64,000 nucleotides of DNA from a virus (lineage: Duplodnaviria; Caudoviricetes). Both the position numbers and the translations under genes were made by a program. The stretch spans positions 1-64,000 of IMG/VR virus record IMGVR_UViG_2811995040_000001. One strand, given 5' to 3'. The notes under the pieces are model-generated. The model had not been told where the DNA came from. It did not search any database and saw only the letters and a list, made by a program, of their open reading frames with translations. The stretch's first letter is position 1. Each line of letters begins with the position of its first letter. Shown in pieces: positions 30,921-41,925 of the stretch.

Positions 30921-32621
30921 ATGAATTTTACTGATTCAGATGACTACTCAGAATTACGGTTATTAATGAGATTCGCCCGTAACGCTCGCCACAGACAAGT
31001 GACCGAACGTAGTGAGCGAACGGTCGAGGAAGCGGAATTTCACCGGAACTGGCAGGGGAACGCCGTACGCCCTTTTTTTTCATATGGAATAAGAAATAAG
31101 TATTGTTGCGCAATGATGATCTGGTCTTTTTTATTCTTTCCGGCGTTCGCCGTCGCATCTCCGGTAAATGGAGGTGTCCTCGGTGCGTCCGGGAACATAC
31201 ATGAGGTATTGTCTGTGGTCATGTCCGTAAGGGTGAATGATATTATTGCCCGTGAGACTGAGGACGGAAATGATGTGCTACCTGATGCTTATCCTGAAAC
31301 TGTCAGGGGCGTTTCTTTGTCGCTGACGGGTATGGTTAATCTTTCGGAATACAGCAGATATAACGGGAGGTCATGGGCTAACATATTTCTCAGCTCTCAC
31401 AACCTCTCGGCATCATTCTTTGACTCGCCTGATGTTTCTTTCGGCTGGGGAGGTAAAAGTTGTCAGGGGGTGCTTAATTGGGCAGTAGCAGGTTATCCTC
31501 AGTTTAATGCCAGTTTAACTAATCCGGTTCCCGAAATTAATGGTGTATGTAAGCAGTCCCCTTATCATGCCACGCCGGGCGCTTATTTTTCCTCGCGTGC
31601 GGGCAATGTATATTCCATGCGTTATCAGGATGGATATATTAACGGATATACATTTAATGATGTTGTAAATTACTTTAATGAGGTATATCGCGCTGCTCTT
31701 TATCGTCAATATGAGAAAAGCTTTCAGGATTTCATTAATAAATATCCGCTATGTTCATCGTTTAACCTTGACATACAAGATAAGGATGAAATAAAAGAAT
31801 CGGGGCAAAACTACGCTTATAATATAAACGGTCAGTCTGTTTCCCTGATGAGTTCTTATAAAGTTAAGCTTTCAAGCCCGTTTACAGAATCCTGTACTTT
31901 GAATGACCGTCCTGTTACTGAAAAAGGGGGGGATTTCCCTCTTGTTGATACTTCTGTTTTTGTTAATGCGCCTGTTTTTGAGAATGGAATGGTTAACAAC
32001 TTTATTCCTGATATATTTAACGGGAGAGATGCTTTGCTTTTAAATTCATATATGTCATCTATGTCTCGAAAAATCATTCCGGCACTGGCTTTTTCAACAC
32101 TGCTGAATATGGCGTGGTCTGAGGCTTCAGCTTCGCCAAATTATAAAGGTATACCGTATTCAGAAAGTTACCGTATTACTGAATCTGATGTTATGTCAGT
32201 GATGAATAACCGCAATGTTAATCCTTCAGCGGCTGATGCCTATGCTCAGATACCCGATCAGGGTGTTTATCTGATGTACTGGAGCGATACACATAATTCG
32301 TATGTCACTCAGGAGGTTTTTGACGCATCTAAAAAGGTTGAGGTTGATTTGGGACCTAATCCGGGAACTGAAGCGCCTGAACTTGTTCAGGGGGCGCTGT
32401 CTGATGCCCTTAATCCACTTTTTAATGTGATGCCATTCCTGAAAAATTTCCGTCTTGATCCTCATGCGTCGTCCTGTCCGGTGTGGACTTATCAGGTTTT
32501 TGGTCAGGCTATTCCAATGACTTCATTCTGTACACTGGCAGAGGATAACAGAGAGATGATTTCTTTATTCTTCATTATTCAGTGGACGATTATTTCTCTT
32601 GTGATCATTGTGCGTACGTAA
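30921..32621 (+). CDS. pIII/TspB-like adsorption protein 2 (true start possibly 31113)
   Basis: Paralogous C-terminus DLGPNPG..APEL...CP...FC then TM; shared YKGIPYS motif. Confidence 0.75.
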   Translation: MNFTDSDDYSELRLLMRFARNARHRQVTERSERTVEEAEFHRNWQGNAVRPFFSYGIRNKYCCAMMIWSFLFFPAFAVASPVNGGVLGASGNIHEVLSVVMSVRVNDIIARETEDGNDVLPDAYPETVRGVSLSLTGMVNLSEYSRYNGRSWANIFLSSHNLSASFFDSPDVSFGWGGKSCQGVLNWAVAGYPQFNASLTNPVPEINGVCKQSPYHATPGAYFSSRAGNVYSMRYQDGYINGYTFNDVVNYFNEVYRAALYRQYEKSFQDFINKYPLCSSFNLDIQDKDEIKESGQNYAYNINGQSVSLMSSYKVKLSSPFTESCTLNDRPVTEKGGDFPLVDTSVFVNAPVFENGMVNNFIPDIFNGRDALLLNSYMSSMSRKIIPALAFSTLLNMAWSEASASPNYKGIPYSESYRITESDVMSVMNNRNVNPSAADAYAQIPDQGVYLMYWSDTHNSYVTQEVFDASKKVEVDLGPNPGTEAPELVQGALSDALNPLFNVMPFLKNFRLDPHASSCPVWTYQVFGQAIPMTSFCTLAEDNREMISLFFIIQWTIISLVIIVRT

Positions 32622-32631
32622 GGAGTTTTAT

Positions 32632-32922
32632 ATGCATGCGATTCTGATTTCAGCCTTTAATTCTGTACTCCGTTTTCTGCTTGGTCAGGCGACGATTAAA
32701 TCCGTTATATTTATTGTGCTGACCTACCTTATATCAGAGATTATTTCCGTGGTTAATAAGCTCTTGCCGGACTCCACTAATCTGATTGCATTATTTAATT
32801 CACTGCCTTCTGAAGCGTGGTATTTCATTAATCTTGCTGAACTGCCTTACGGTCTGTCACTGATATTTTCATCACTGCTGACCCGGTTTATTTTCGGGAT
32901 GATCCCGGTTGTGGGGCACTGA
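32632..32922 (+). CDS. pVI-like minor coat protein (DUF2523-like)
   Basis: Hydrophobic 96 aa between pIII and pI; AGGAG RBS. Confidence 0.75.
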   Translation: MHAILISAFNSVLRFLLGQATIKSVIFIVLTYLISEIISVVNKLLPDSTNLIALFNSLPSEAWYFINLAELPYGLSLIFSSLLTRFIFGMIPVVGH

Positions 32923-32932
32923 CGGGGGGGTT

Positions 32933-34033
32933 ATGGCTATTTCGGGTTACATTGGTCTTCCCGGTTCAGGGAAGTCATTTGAATGTGTTTCAAATGTGCT
33001 TTTACCTGCGGTTCAGGCAGGGCGACGGGTTATCACGAACATCATCGGCGTTAATCCTGATGTGATTTATGATTATTGTGTTGATACCCTGAATCTCGAT
33101 CGTGCTTCGCTGGGTGTTGTGGTCGTGGTTGACAGCAGGACCATGAAGCAGCGTGATTTTTTTCCTTACAAGAATGCTAATGATGAAACGGTGACGGATA
33201 CGTTCTGCCAGCCTGGTGATTTGATTATGGCAGATGAGGCATGGCGGCTCTGGCCTAAAGACAGCGATGTATGCACTGAGCACCGCTCGTTCTTTGCGGA
33301 GCATCGCCATTTTACAAATTCTGTCGATGGAACATCCTGTGATTTTGTTTATATGACGCAAAGTCTTGCCACGGTTGCGCGTTATATTCGCGACCGACAG
33401 GATAAAACGTTTCGCATGAAAAAATTAACATCACTGGGGATTTCAACCCGTTACCGTGTCGATGTTTTTGAAGGGGCTAAAACGACAAAAGCGGCGTTAA
33501 TTCAGCAGTATCAGTGTTCGTATAAAAAGCAAATATTTCCGTTATATAAATCTCATGATACTGAGAATGGTCAGGAAAAAGTTGTTGATAAACGCCAGTC
33601 TTTTCTTAATGGCCGTTTCTTCTTTCGTCATCTTTTTATTCCTTCTGTATTACTGACAATAGGGGGGTATTTCATTTTTAATATTGCTCATAAATATATG
33701 TTGTCGCCGGAAGATAAAATGAAAACGGAACAATCATCTTCCGTTGTTCCTGTCCCTACTAATGTACTTCCTGTAGCCGTAACGGCAGAAAATCACATGG
33801 TATCAGCAGCATCAGCGCGTTCTTCGGTGTCATCCACATGGCGTATTGGGGGGCGTATGGTAAAAGATGACCTGTCATATGTAGTGCTGGTTAATGTAGA
33901 TGGTCGTGTTCGTATGGAATTGCTGAATGGGTTTTCTTTTAACGGTTTGTATATGAGCGGATTTGTTGATGGTGAAAAAGTGACGGTATGGTCAGGTTCT
34001 TTGTCCGGCTCAGGTGCGGGGTTATTAAAATGA
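32933..34033 (+). CDS. Zot/pI assembly ATPase
   Basis: Walker A GLPGSGKS, Walker B IMADEAW, HRH motif, TM segment. Confidence 0.92.
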   Translation: MAISGYIGLPGSGKSFECVSNVLLPAVQAGRRVITNIIGVNPDVIYDYCVDTLNLDRASLGVVVVVDSRTMKQRDFFPYKNANDETVTDTFCQPGDLIMADEAWRLWPKDSDVCTEHRSFFAEHRHFTNSVDGTSCDFVYMTQSLATVARYIRDRQDKTFRMKKLTSLGISTRYRVDVFEGAKTTKAALIQQYQCSYKKQIFPLYKSHDTENGQEKVVDKRQSFLNGRFFFRHLFIPSVLLTIGGYFIFNIAHKYMLSPEDKMKTEQSSSVVPVPTNVLPVAVTAENHMVSAASARSSVSSTWRIGGRMVKDDLSYVVLVNVDGRVRMELLNGFSFNGLYMSGFVDGEKVTVWSGSLSGSGAGLLK

Positions 34034-35268
34034 ATAAATATATTATGGTGTTATTATTACTGTTTTCAGCCAGGGTAATGTCTCAGGGTGTGACACTGGA
34101 ATTAAACCGGGTAACGTTACCGGAAGTGATTCATATGTTGTACAGCGATGTGTTTAATCGCCCTTATATGCTCGCGCCTGAGCTTGCAGGGGATACGCGG
34201 ATTCTGTCGTTGCGTATCACACCGGATGTGGATGAAAGGGCGTTTATAGAGCGTTATTTCGGGAATCTGGGAATTAAAATATTTACCCGTGACGGGATTG
34301 ATTATGTTGCACCAGTTATCAAAAAATCTACTGAACCTGCCAGGGAGGTTTTTGTCTACCGACCACGCTTTCGTTCTGTCGCGTATTTATCTGAACTGCT
34401 GAGAACCTTTGTGGAGGGGAATTTTAGCGCAACAGCTAACGGGGTGGGGGATTTTACTGTCACACCGGATAAAATTAAACCGGGCACAGCAACGGATAAC
34501 ATTAATCGTACCGGGGATAAACTGGTGTTTTACGGTACACGTGAAAATATCCGGCGTATTGAAAGGATCCTGCCGGAAATCGATATTGCAGGGGATGAGG
34601 TTTTCGTAGGCGGTTATGTTTTTGAGGTACAGACGAAGGAGCAGAACGGCAGCGGGCTTGCACTGGCGGCGAAGTTGCTAAGCGGAAAAGTGAGTATCGG
34701 CATGGGTAATCTGTCGGGAGGTTATGAAAACTTTATCCGTATTGGGGGATCGTCACTCGATGCCATGTATGAGCTTTTCAGGACAGACAGCCGCTTTAAG
34801 GTGGTCAGTTCTCCGCGGCTTCGGGTTAAGAGTGGATATTCCGCGACATTTTCCGTTGGTCAGGAAGTGCCTGTATTATCTGGCGTTGAACACAATAATA
34901 ATTCGTCGTATCAGTCTGTTGAATATCGATCTTCCGGGGTTATCCTCGATGTGCAGCCGGAGGTACACGGCGATGTAACGGACGTGAAGATAAAGCAGCA
35001 ACTGAGTAATTTTGTGCAGACTGAAACGGGCGTCAATAATTCACCGACACTGATTAAGCGTGAAGTGGAAACGTTTGTTTCGGTTAAGTCCGGTGACATT
35101 ATCCTGCTCGGTGGACTTGCTGAGACAAAGAACTCTGACAGTAAGACCGGCTTTTCATTTCTGCCGCGTTCGTGGATGTCTTCATCGGATGAGAACAACA
35201 AAACAGACATACTGATACTTTTGCAGGTTCGGTCAGAGTCCCCAGTGAAAAAGATGCTAAAGAAATAA
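34030..35268 (+). CDS. pIV-like secretin
   Basis: SSPRLRV, FSVGQEVPV, YRSSGVILDVQP, GDIILLGGL; ATGA overlap with the pI gene. Confidence 0.92.
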   Translation: MNKYIMVLLLLFSARVMSQGVTLELNRVTLPEVIHMLYSDVFNRPYMLAPELAGDTRILSLRITPDVDERAFIERYFGNLGIKIFTRDGIDYVAPVIKKSTEPAREVFVYRPRFRSVAYLSELLRTFVEGNFSATANGVGDFTVTPDKIKPGTATDNINRTGDKLVFYGTRENIRRIERILPEIDIAGDEVFVGGYVFEVQTKEQNGSGLALAAKLLSGKVSIGMGNLSGGYENFIRIGGSSLDAMYELFRTDSRFKVVSSPRLRVKSGYSATFSVGQEVPVLSGVEHNNNSSYQSVEYRSSGVILDVQPEVHGDVTDVKIKQQLSNFVQTETGVNNSPTLIKREVETFVSVKSGDIILLGGLAETKNSDSKTGFSFLPRSWMSSSDENNKTDILILLQVRSESPVKKMLKK

Positions 35269-35679
35269 GGTAATTAGTGCAGGATTGAACGAAATCGTCG
35301 GGCAGATCCTGCATGTAAAATTGTATCTTTTGTTGTGCGTGGCATTAGTTGACGTTTGTCTGCGTGGCTACGTCAACAATGATGCGAATGATTATTGATT
35401 GTACGTTTTTTTTACAGATCAGTTATTCAAAATATTTCAATTAAATAAGCAATCATTGGGATTGAGCCATGATTTTGTCAAATTCATTTTAATAAAAAGT
35501 ATTTTATATTTAGTAAATTATAAATACTTTCATTATAATTTAATCACTTCAAAAAAAACGAATATATTAGCTTTATTTTTTTGTTGATCTTTTATATTTG
35601 CGGTTTATATAGTAGCTCCAAGGCCTTATCTATACTTAGTCATTTTAATATGTTGGATCGAAGATATTTGAGGTGTGAA

Positions 35680-36225
35680 ATGATGTGGTTTTTTGGTGTT
35701 TTAATTTTATTGTTTTTGTTAGTCGTTATTCCTTTTTTAAAATTGAAAAATTCCAATCGTTATAATGCAGAGATAAAAAATAAAGTCAAAGCTACGGATA
35801 TAATGAAAAATAACAATAAATCCTTCGAGAGAAAACCTTTTTTAACTACAAGGGAACGTGATTTTTTTAAGAAGTTAATAGAGGATCTTAAAAGTGAATA
35901 TTATGTTTTATCACAGGTTAGAGTGGTTGACATAATAACCCCAAATAGACAATTCATCGAAAGCAGCAGGGAGTTCAATGCGTTATTTAGACAAGTTTCT
36001 CAGTGGCATTGCGATTTTTTAATCATTAATAGAGATTTTAATGTTGAGCTTGCAATTGAGTTGGATGATTCAACTCATAAGCATCCCAAAAGGAAAAGAA
36101 GAGATGAAATTTTTAATACAGCATTTAGCCATTCCGGGGTTACTCTAATTAGAGTAGTTGATTACAACCAGTTTCTTAATCTCCCTCAGAGTGGTTTATT
36201 TTTAAAAAATAATGACTCAGTTTAA
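35680..36225 (+). CDS. DUF2726-like protein with N-terminal TM (phage cargo)
   Basis: FLT.RE..FF, QVRVVDII, HCDFLI, AIELDDSTH...RD motifs; very AT-rich. Confidence 0.75.
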   Translation: MMWFFGVLILLFLLVVIPFLKLKNSNRYNAEIKNKVKATDIMKNNNKSFERKPFLTTRERDFFKKLIEDLKSEYYVLSQVRVVDIITPNRQFIESSREFNALFRQVSQWHCDFLIINRDFNVELAIELDDSTHKHPKRKRRDEIFNTAFSHSGVTLIRVVDYNQFLNLPQSGLFLKNNDSV

Positions 36226-36420
36226 ATTTTTATATATGTTTTTTTTATGCCTGTTAAGGCATGGTAGCGAAGCGATACCCCGCAGCGCATGCGCGAGGAC
36301 TCAGAAAGCCTCACGATTCATCGTGAGAATTCCCTTATACTGCAAAGCTGCTTTTAAGCTTTTTACCGATTTGAAGTAGCTTGTGTTACCTACGTCGCCT
36401 TTTATTGAGCGTTGACTGAA

Positions 36421-36537
36421 GTATCCGCCGCCCCCGCAGGTTCGAGGAGGCGGCGGATACAAGGACAATGCGAGTATCTAAGACAGTCTCTTAGAAAAGC
36501 TGATGCTCATCTGTATCCCCGTATCTGTAATACGGGG
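36421..36537 (+). other. Putative filamentous-phage replication origin hairpins
   Basis: GTATCCGCCGCC...GGCGGCGGATAC stem, and CCCCGTAT-CTGTA-ATACGGGG with TAATA similar to Rep_trans nick sites. Confidence 0.6.
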
Positions 36538-36685
36538 GTTAACTCAGTACTTATATGCGGCTTTCCCTAATTTTTACCTTTCGGTTTTCCCGCTTTTGAT
36601 ATTTGAATCCAGTCTTGAACTTTGAATTTTCTACTTTTATATGTGATAGAGATCATGTTTAACATAGTTGCTTACGTGATTCGCC

Positions 36686-36721
36686 TTGACATCCTCCACG
36701 TCCTTTAGGACGTGGAGGATG
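36686..36721 (-). mobile_element. 36-bp palindromic IS605-derived element
   Basis: Minus strand TTTAA|catcctccacgtcc-taaa-ggacgtggaggatgTCAA. Confidence 0.7.
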
Positions 36722-37747
36722 TTAAACTGCCATTGCCATAGTGCCTGTCAGTGTTTCTCCATCCCAAAGCACTGTGATGACAGTTCGGGATGCGGACAAC
36801 TGCGGGGTATCATTCTGCGACCAGTTAATATTCTCCGGCCAGGTGATGGTCCCCCCCTGCCCCCGGAAAACCAGCGCCAGCACCATCGCCCGCCCTTCAG
36901 GTAAACGGGTAAACGTCACCGTGTTATCCTGTGTGCCGTCCAGGATGAATAACTGGTGTGACAGTGCATCGACCATGCCGGCTGAGGAGGACACGGCTAC
37001 ATCAAAAGCCCCCTGGCGCACCCACACTTTATTGCGCCGCACATAACATATACTGTCTTCAGGCGCTTCCGTTACCGTTATTGAGGCAGCGGCCTCCTGC
37101 GCAGCAACTTTGGCTGCATCAGCCTTCGTGGCTGAGTCAACAGCGTCTGCTGCACTTTCTGCCGATGCTTTTTCTGACATGGCGGCAGCCTGCTCACTTT
37201 TCCGCGCGGCAACCGCATTATTCTCAGACCTGCGACTGGCCTGAACTGCGCTCTCTTTTGCGGCTTCAGTCTGCGTGGCTGTAGCTGCAGCAGCTGCAGC
37301 ACTTTCCGCTGATACCTTTTCTGACATAGCGGCAGCCTGCTCACTTTTCCGCGCGGCAGTGGCACTGCCTGAAGCACTGTCTTCTGCCTCTCTGGCTTTA
37401 TCAGCACTTTGTCTGGCCTGCGATGCCAGCTCCTGAAACAGCTTCATAGCCTCGCTGGTCAGGTCTTCATCCTTCACCGCACGCAAGTAATCATTCAGTG
37501 CCCCGTCCGGTGAGTCAGGCCGGACCTCAATGTTCCCGACCAGAGCTGGTGGAAAGCCTTCCACCGCCAGCGTCACGGCATAGTCTCCGGGCTGTGCATC
37601 AATACGATATTTTCCGGCTTCCGTGCCAATATCTGCAGTGACAGTCGCAATCACCGCACTGGTTGTGTTCAGCGCCCGCAAACGGATGGTACAGCCCGGT
37701 ACAGGCTGACCAGCACCATCAATAAGAGTGCCTGATATAACTGGCAT
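36722..37747 (-). CDS. Prophage tail fibre protein
   Basis: MPVISGTLIDG N-terminal fibre domain, Ala/Ser-rich repeats. Confidence 0.88.
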   Translation of the reverse strand: MPVISGTLIDGAGQPVPGCTIRLRALNTTSAVIATVTADIGTEAGKYRIDAQPGDYAVTLAVEGFPPALVGNIEVRPDSPDGALNDYLRAVKDEDLTSEAMKLFQELASQARQSADKAREAEDSASGSATAARKSEQAAAMSEKVSAESAAAAAATATQTEAAKESAVQASRRSENNAVAARKSEQAAAMSEKASAESAADAVDSATKADAAKVAAQEAAASITVTEAPEDSICYVRRNKVWVRQGAFDVAVSSSAGMVDALSHQLFILDGTQDNTVTFTRLPEGRAMVLALVFRGQGGTITWPENINWSQNDTPQLSASRTVITVLWDGETLTGTMAMAV

Positions 37748-37790
37748 ATCACCTCCATAAAAAAAGCCCGCAGGCAGGCTTCCCATTTAT

Positions 37791-37815
37791 CAGAATGCCT
37801 CCGGGGAGCAGTCAA
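37791..37815 (+). mobile_element. 25-bp fused left-end/right-end IS605 remnant
   Basis: TTAT|cagaatgcctccggggagcagTCAA. Confidence 0.65.
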
Positions 37816-37852
37816 ATTTGTTCCTGTTAAACGAAAGGGACCGGAAATCCGG

Positions 37853-40800
37853 TCAGTTTGTGAAGTTGCTCCCCGACCGGGAAACCATCACCAGCGGCCA
37901 GACGGAAGCTTCAGTGGTGTACTGCCCACGGACCCTCAGAGAGACGCTGATATCCACGACAGGTGAAGTGGTGTAGACAGAAAAGACAACGGTCTGATAC
38001 ATAGCCGGAAGCCCTGCGGTATACGGGATAACCTCCCCCGTTTTCACCTGCCCGTTAATATTTATCGTGACGGTGATGGCACCGGCGCCACCGTTACGCT
38101 CACAGTTAGCCATCACCGTGATGGTTTTCCCTATCTGATAGGTGGCGCTGTCGGTATACCGTGTTGAGGTGCTGCGTTCGTCGTTCGTCGCCCTGATGCT
38201 CACGCCCTGCATGACTTTTGAGCCGCAGATATCACCGACAAACTCTCTTGCTTCTATCACGCCAGAAAACTTACCGGAGGTGGCATTGATTTCTCCCGTA
38301 AACGAGCCAGATACAGCGTTGATATGGCCGCTGATATCCGCATTTTTCGCAGTAAGACGACCGTCCGGCGTCAGGGAAAACGCAGGAGGATTCCCGCCAC
38401 TGGTGATGGTCGGCGCGCTCAGATATTTCAGGAACACCTCGTTCATTATTATCTGGTCGCCCTGCATGACGAATCCGGGCGTCTGGTTTCCGTTTTGCGG
38501 GTTAATGAATGCAATGCGATCCGCCGCCACCAGGAACTGGCTCGCCTTCCCGTCCGGCGTATCCTCCATGCTCAGGCCCAGACCAGCCACATAATGCCTG
38601 CCGTCCTCGGTTTGCTCTATCTTCACGCCCCACATGGCATTCCACTTTCCGTTCGCGTCCTGCCATTCTTTCGAAAACTCATCCAGCCGGCTGGCGTTGT
38701 CTTCCGTCAGCTCCACCTTCTCCAGCAGTTCTTTCCCCAGGTGGCTTTCGGTGATTTTCCCTTTGAAGAAATCCAGGTAACCCGCCGCATCGTTGCTGGC
38801 CTGCCCGGTCGCCTCCACGAATGCGGATTTACCGACCTGATTTACCGCCCGGATATAAAAATAGTAATCCCTGCCGGGCCTGATATTCACACTGGCCGCT
38901 ATCCAGTACAGCGCCGTTCCCAGATATCGTGCGGCGTTTTCCACCTGATGGATATCCGTAATCTGCGCGTCTGAAAACCAGAACTCATACTGCACCGTCG
39001 GGTCGTATACCGCCTGACGCGGTGTGGCTGTAATCTGGAAATAGCCAGGGGTGAGTTCGATAAATGATGGTGCCGCCGGCGCGGAGATGCTGAACTGTGT
39101 GCTCGCCGGGTCTCCCTGTTGTCCCTGGTTGTTCACCGCCCTGACGGACAGGGTGTAGCGCCCCGGCGTCAGCCCCCGGAACCGGTACTGCGTATCCGGC
39201 GTTCCTGCGCTGCTTACCAGCCGGTCACTGCCATCTTCCGCCGCCACGTTCAGGCGCAACGAAAAAGAGACGCCCTTAACGACTCGCGGTGTGTCCCAGC
39301 GCGCCAGTACCTGATACTGTCCCTCCTCCGCCAGAATTTCTGTGGTCAGATGCTGTATCGCCGGGGGAACGGTGCCGTGAATCGTTCCGGGTTGCGGATC
39401 GAATGATGCCCCGTTGTCCACGATGGACTCTTTTTCCGGCACATGCTGTACGGCGGTGATGGCATACGTTCCGTCGTCGTTTTCCCGGACAGCCACACAC
39501 CGGAAGAGACGCTGGCGCAGCGACGGCAGTTTCAGCCCCCAGACGCTGTATTCCGCCACGCCGTCCGGTATCCGGCTGACCTGAACCTGCACACCGTCGG
39601 TAACAGACTGCACGTCCACGCTGACCGGCAAGCCTTCGCCATCCACCAGGCTTATCAGCGTGGTGCCGGACGACGGCAGGGTAATCTCCCTGTCAAGGGT
39701 CAGAATGCGGCGGGCGCGGTCAACGGACAGAATCCGCCCGCCCAGGCTGATGCCGGCATAATCCTCGTCGCAAACCTCAATCACATCACCGGGAACGTGG
39801 CGCAACCCCTCCGCCCCCACACTAAAATCAACCGTCTGGGTTTCCAGCAGCTCCGTTTTTATCAGCCACAGCCCGGCGCGGTGCGCCTGCCCGCGACTGG
39901 TACAGCCAAACGCATCCATTTTTACCAGATTGCGTCCGTAGTGACTGATGGCGACCGTGTCTTCCACCAGTTCCGTGGATGTCTGCCAGCCATTATCAGG
40001 GTCGATCCAGTTCACCTCTACCGCATTATGGCGGTCCTTCCGCGCACTGAAGCTGTAACGGAACGGTGTACCCTCATCCGGCATTACCACATTGCTGCGG
40101 GTATAGGTCCAGACTGTATCCGAGGGCCTGTCCTGCACGAAGGTCAGCCTCTGCCCGTTCCACACCGGCATACAACGCATGGCGGAGCAGAAGTCGGTCA
40201 GCACATCCCACGCCTTACGCTGCTGTGCCAGATACGCATTAAAGGTCATACGCGGCTCTGTCCCGCCGAATCCGTCAGGGACCATCTGGTCGCAGTACTG
40301 GCCTATTGCATACAGCGCCCACCTGTCCACGTCCGCCGCGCCGATTCGCTGTCCCATGCCATAACGGGGATGTGTCAGCACATCCCATAAACACCATGCC
40401 GGATTATTGCTGTATGCAGGCTTGAACGTGCCGTCCCAGATGCCGCTGTAGGTTCGCGCTACCGGATCGTAATTCGACGGCACCTGAATAATCCGCCCGA
40501 AAAAATGGTAATTTCGCGTCACCTGCTGGCTGCCGAACTGCTCAGACTCCACCTGCAGGCCAATCACGGCGGTGTTGGGATAGCGCTGCCGGACATCAAT
40601 AATCTCGGTATACGACGACCAGACCGTGTTGTTCTGTAACTGGTCAGTGGTACTGTCTGCCGTCACACGTACCATCCGGATACCAAATGGCCGGGGAGGG
40701 AGATTATCCACTATCACCGAGGCCAGATACTGTGTGGTTGTTTTCCCGGTAATCGTAATCTCTTTTTCCACCACCCACTGACCATAGCGCTCAAGATGGA

Positions 40801-41215
40801 TTTGCAGCCTGACGGATGTCGGATTTCGGTCGCCCTTGCTGTTGGCCTCCACCAGTGACTGCACGCCGAACGTAAAACGCAGGCGGTCAATATTTGCAGC
40901 CGTGATGGTCCTGGTCACCGGATTGTCGTGTCTGACCTGTACACCAAGCACCGTCTCGGCGCCGGACGATTCAAATCCCTCCAGCGGGGTCTGTTCCTGC
41001 TCACCGACGCGGTATACCACCTTCACGCCGTGGATATTCGTGTTACCGTCGCGGTCCACCACCGGCGTCTGGTTTACCAGAACACTTTGCAGACCGTTCA
41101 CCGGGCCTTCTATCGGTCCCTCGCTGATGGCATCGATGACACTCAGCAGCTGCGTGGATTTAAGGTTATCCGGTGCCTCGCGGGGCGTATGCCCTTTTCC
41201 TCCGCCCTTTCCCAT
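37853..41215 (-). CDS. Host specificity/tail tip protein J
   Basis: [20 protein letters not shown]..., lambda J-like. Confidence 0.95.
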   Translation of the reverse strand: MGKGGGKGHTPREAPDNLKSTQLLSVIDAISEGPIEGPVNGLQSVLVNQTPVVDRDGNTNIHGVKVVYRVGEQEQTPLEGFESSGAETVLGVQVRHDNPVTRTITAANIDRLRFTFGVQSLVEANSKGDRNPTSVRLQIHLERYGQWVVEKEITITGKTTTQYLASVIVDNLPPRPFGIRMVRVTADSTTDQLQNNTVWSSYTEIIDVRQRYPNTAVIGLQVESEQFGSQQVTRNYHFFGRIIQVPSNYDPVARTYSGIWDGTFKPAYSNNPAWCLWDVLTHPRYGMGQRIGAADVDRWALYAIGQYCDQMVPDGFGGTEPRMTFNAYLAQQRKAWDVLTDFCSAMRCMPVWNGQRLTFVQDRPSDTVWTYTRSNVVMPDEGTPFRYSFSARKDRHNAVEVNWIDPDNGWQTSTELVEDTVAISHYGRNLVKMDAFGCTSRGQAHRAGLWLIKTELLETQTVDFSVGAEGLRHVPGDVIEVCDEDYAGISLGGRILSVDRARRILTLDREITLPSSGTTLISLVDGEGLPVSVDVQSVTDGVQVQVSRIPDGVAEYSVWGLKLPSLRQRLFRCVAVRENDDGTYAITAVQHVPEKESIVDNGASFDPQPGTIHGTVPPAIQHLTTEILAEEGQYQVLARWDTPRVVKGVSFSLRLNVAAEDGSDRLVSSAGTPDTQYRFRGLTPGRYTLSVRAVNNQGQQGDPASTQFSISAPAAPSFIELTPGYFQITATPRQAVYDPTVQYEFWFSDAQITDIHQVENAARYLGTALYWIAASVNIRPGRDYYFYIRAVNQVGKSAFVEATGQASNDAAGYLDFFKGKITESHLGKELLEKVELTEDNASRLDEFSKEWQDANGKWNAMWGVKIEQTEDGRHYVAGLGLSMEDTPDGKASQFLVAADRIAFINPQNGNQTPGFVMQGDQIIMNEVFLKYLSAPTITSGGNPPAFSLTPDGRLTAKNADISGHINAVSGSFTGEINATSGKFSGVIEAREFVGDICGSKVMQGVSIRATNDERSTSTRYTDSATYQIGKTITVMANCERNGGAGAITVTININGQVKTGEVIPYTAGLPAMYQTVVFSVYTTSPVVDISVSLRVRGQYTTEASVWPLVMVSRSGSNFTN

Positions 41216-41277
41216 TTATTAACCCCGTAAAACGACAAAACCGCCCGGAGGCGGTTCTGTCTGAATCTTTTCTGTTG

Positions 41278-41925
41278 TCAGCGGCCAATCACCACAACCT
41301 GACCACCATCTCCTTCATCAGCGGTACTGACTTCCTGGGAAATCACGCGTGACCCCACCTGCATCTCGCCGTACAGCACCGGCAACGTGTTACCATTGGC
41401 AACCATATTATCCAGCGACGAGAAATATGTGTTCTGCCTGCCGTTATCGGTCTGCCTCATTTCGGGCATTTTGGGTTTTGGTGCCAGCATCTGCGCCACA
41501 CCGCCCAGAATCATCGCACCTCCAGTCATATACATTCCGGTTATCGCTGATGCTCCCAGCCAGCCTGCCGGGTTCCACCAGGCTACGGCAATCAGCGCCG
41601 CACCAAGCACCGCCTGAAACACCCCGCCAGGTTTGGCCCCGGCCAGACGCGGCACAATATGAATCACCGCGCCAGGCGGCAGCGGGTCATGCAGGCTGGT
41701 TGTCAGGGTATCAGCCGTAACATCGTCTCCGGCTATGCGTACCTGATACCAGCCGTCGTTCAGTTTCTGCCGGAGACCGGGCAACTGTACCGCCAGTGCC
41801 TGGACAGCTTCAGCACCACTGGCTACCTGCAGGCTGACGCGGCGGCAAAATCGTTGCAGATCCCCGTAAAGGCAAATTCGCGCCATGCCCGGTGTCGCCA
41901 GATGGAGTGCGTGCGTCGTTGCCAT
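41278..41925 (-). CDS. Tail assembly protein I
   Basis: ICLYGDLQRF...PVLYGEMQVGSRVISQ. Confidence 0.92.
   Translation of the reverse strand: MATTHALHLATPGMARICLYGDLQRFCRRVSLQVASGAEAVQALAVQLPGLRQKLNDGWYQVRIAGDDVTADTLTTSLHDPLPPGAVIHIVPRLAGAKPGGVFQAVLGAALIAVAWWNPAGWLGASAITGMYMTGGAMILGGVAQMLAPKPKMPEMRQTDNGRQNTYFSSLDNMVANGNTLPVLYGEMQVGSRVISQEVSTADEGDGGQVVVIGR

Noticed and set aside
32933-35268. Zot enterotoxin or type II secretion system
   Set aside because: Context shows the inovirus pI ATPase and pIV secretin; no other T2SS genes.
36600-36690. XerCD/dif integration site, or a promoter formed at the circle junction
   Set aside because: No dif-like site seen; TTGCTT at 36668 has no convincing -10 at the right spacing across the junction.
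37150-37360. Tail-fibre repeats as DGR or shufflon sites
   Set aside because: Ordinary Ala-rich coding repeats; no reverse transcriptase or invertase in the window.
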